Source of the DNA: Chloroflexota bacterium
Lineage (GTDB): Bacteria > Chloroflexota > Anaerolineae > JAAEKA01
Length of the DNA: 64,000 bases
Direction of reading: 5' to 3'
Assembly (NCBI GenBank): GCA_029558955.1
Contig: JAKQCW010000124.1
Location: forward strand, 598-64,597
Position 1 is the first letter of the stretch. Each line of letters begins with the position of its first letter. Under the pieces are notes generated by a model that was given only the letters and a program-made list of their open reading frames with translations, searched no databases and had not been told where the DNA came from. The position numbers were made by a program, and so were the translations under genes. Positions 63,197-64,000 of this stretch are shown one piece after another.

Positions 63197-64000
63197 ATGA
63201 AGACAGTACCACAGATCACCACCGAGCAGGCCGCGGCGCTGGTGCCCGATGGCGCCGTGTTGATGGCCGGCGGCTTCGGCATGACCGGCAACCCGGTTCA
63301 CCTGCTGAACGCCCTGGCCGAACGGGGCGTCGGCAACCTGACCTTCATCGGCAACAACGTGGGCGAGCCGGGGTTGGGCGGCGGTCGCCTGCTGCGCAAT
63401 GGCCAGTTGAAAAAGGCCATCGGCTCCTTTTTTACCTCCAACCCGGAGGCTGTCAAGGCCTATCAGGCCGGCGCCATCGAGATCCAACTGATCCCGCAGG
63501 GCTCGCTGGCTGAGGCGCTGCGCGCCGGCGGCGCGGGCATCGCCGGCTTCTACACCCCCACCGGCGCCGGCACCGTGGTGGCCGAGAGCACGGAGACGCG
63601 CAGCTTCGACGGCCAGGACTACATCTTCGTCCCCGGCCTGCGCGCCGACGTGGCTTTCGTGCGCGCCTGGCGGGCTGACACGGCCGGCAACCTGGTCTAC
63701 CGCATGACCGAGCGCAACTTCAACCCGCTGATGGCCACGGCCGCCCGGCTGGTCATCGCCGAGGTGGAGGAGATCGTGCCGGTGGGCGCGCTGGACCCCG
63801 ACCAAATCCACACCCCCGGCTGCTTTGTGGACTATCTGGTGCAGGCGCACATGGCGCTGGAGGACCTGGGCAGCTCAGCTTCGGTGGAGGCCAGCGGCAA
63901 GAAGGCGGACGAAAGCCGCATGGCCATGGCCCGCCGCGCCCTGGTCGAGCTGCACCCCGGCGATGTGGTCAACCTGGGCATCGGCATCCCCACGCTGGTG
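63197..64000 (+). CDS. 3-oxoacid CoA-transferase with subunits A and B apparently fused. It is 3' partial at the window edge.
   Basis: MKT…[13 protein letters not shown] subunit-A N-terminus. There is no stop before …[23 protein letters not shown], which is the subunit-B N-terminal motif. Confidence 0.75.
   Translation, partial: MKTVPQITTEQAAALVPDGAVLMAGGFGMTGNPVHLLNALAERGVGNLTFIGNNVGEPGLGGGRLLRNGQLKKAIGSFFTSNPEAVKAYQAGAIEIQLIPQGSLAEALRAGGAGIAGFYTPTGAGTVVAESTETRSFDGQDYIFVPGLRADVAFVRAWRADTAGNLVYRMTERNFNPLMATAARLVIAEVEEIVPVGALDPDQIHTPGCFVDYLVQAHMALEDLGSSASVEASGKKADESRMAMARRALVELHPGDVVNLGIGIPTLV

Overview
This is a high-GC (~68-70%) bacterial chromosomal window with many start/stop-overlapped operons and GGAGG-type ribosome-binding sites. 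Every call below comes from reading the six-frame ORF track and the DNA by eye. No database, HMM or alignment was run, so all family names are recalled from memory and need confirmation.

Main content, in order:
- A 2329-aa secreted protein (64..7053, minus strand) with FG-GAP/VCBS-like repeats, an HExxH metalloprotease-like motif and a tandem TDDRALLG octapeptide array.
- pncB and pepF on the plus strand, then a ~565-bp composite palindromic repeat block abutting a truncated PIG-L/LmbE-like fragment.
- An intact nusA-ylxR-infB-rbfA-nrnA-truB-ribF operon on the minus strand, without rimP, followed by tgt, a PstS-like binding protein and a xylose-isomerase-like TIM-barrel gene.
- Two FG-GAP proteins in total.
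- A tightly coupled four-gene minus-strand operon: an EutE/PduP-like acylating aldehyde dehydrogenase carrying an N-terminal encapsulation-peptide-like helix, an AAA_21-type ATPase, a ~200-aa acidic partner, and a tandem-BMC-domain shell protein. This is the most unusual system in the window.
- A large plus-strand glycan and amino-sugar locus: a GH18-like multidomain hydrolase, a GH1 beta-glucosidase, a GntR regulator, a Dpp/Opp-type ABC transporter, a DapA-family lyase, an AGE-family epimerase, ROK kinases, nagA and a SIS-domain deaminase.
- Small lower-GC islands carrying a UPF0175/DUF3368 toxin-antitoxin pair, a decayed vapBC, two secreted hypothetical proteins and an RHH gene interrupted by an in-frame TGA.
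- Two dispersed intergenic repeat families: a ~26-90-bp unit containing ggagtcgagg...cctcgactcc, and a palindromic AGGACTGACAGTCCT unit.

No tRNA, rRNA or CRISPR array was recognised.
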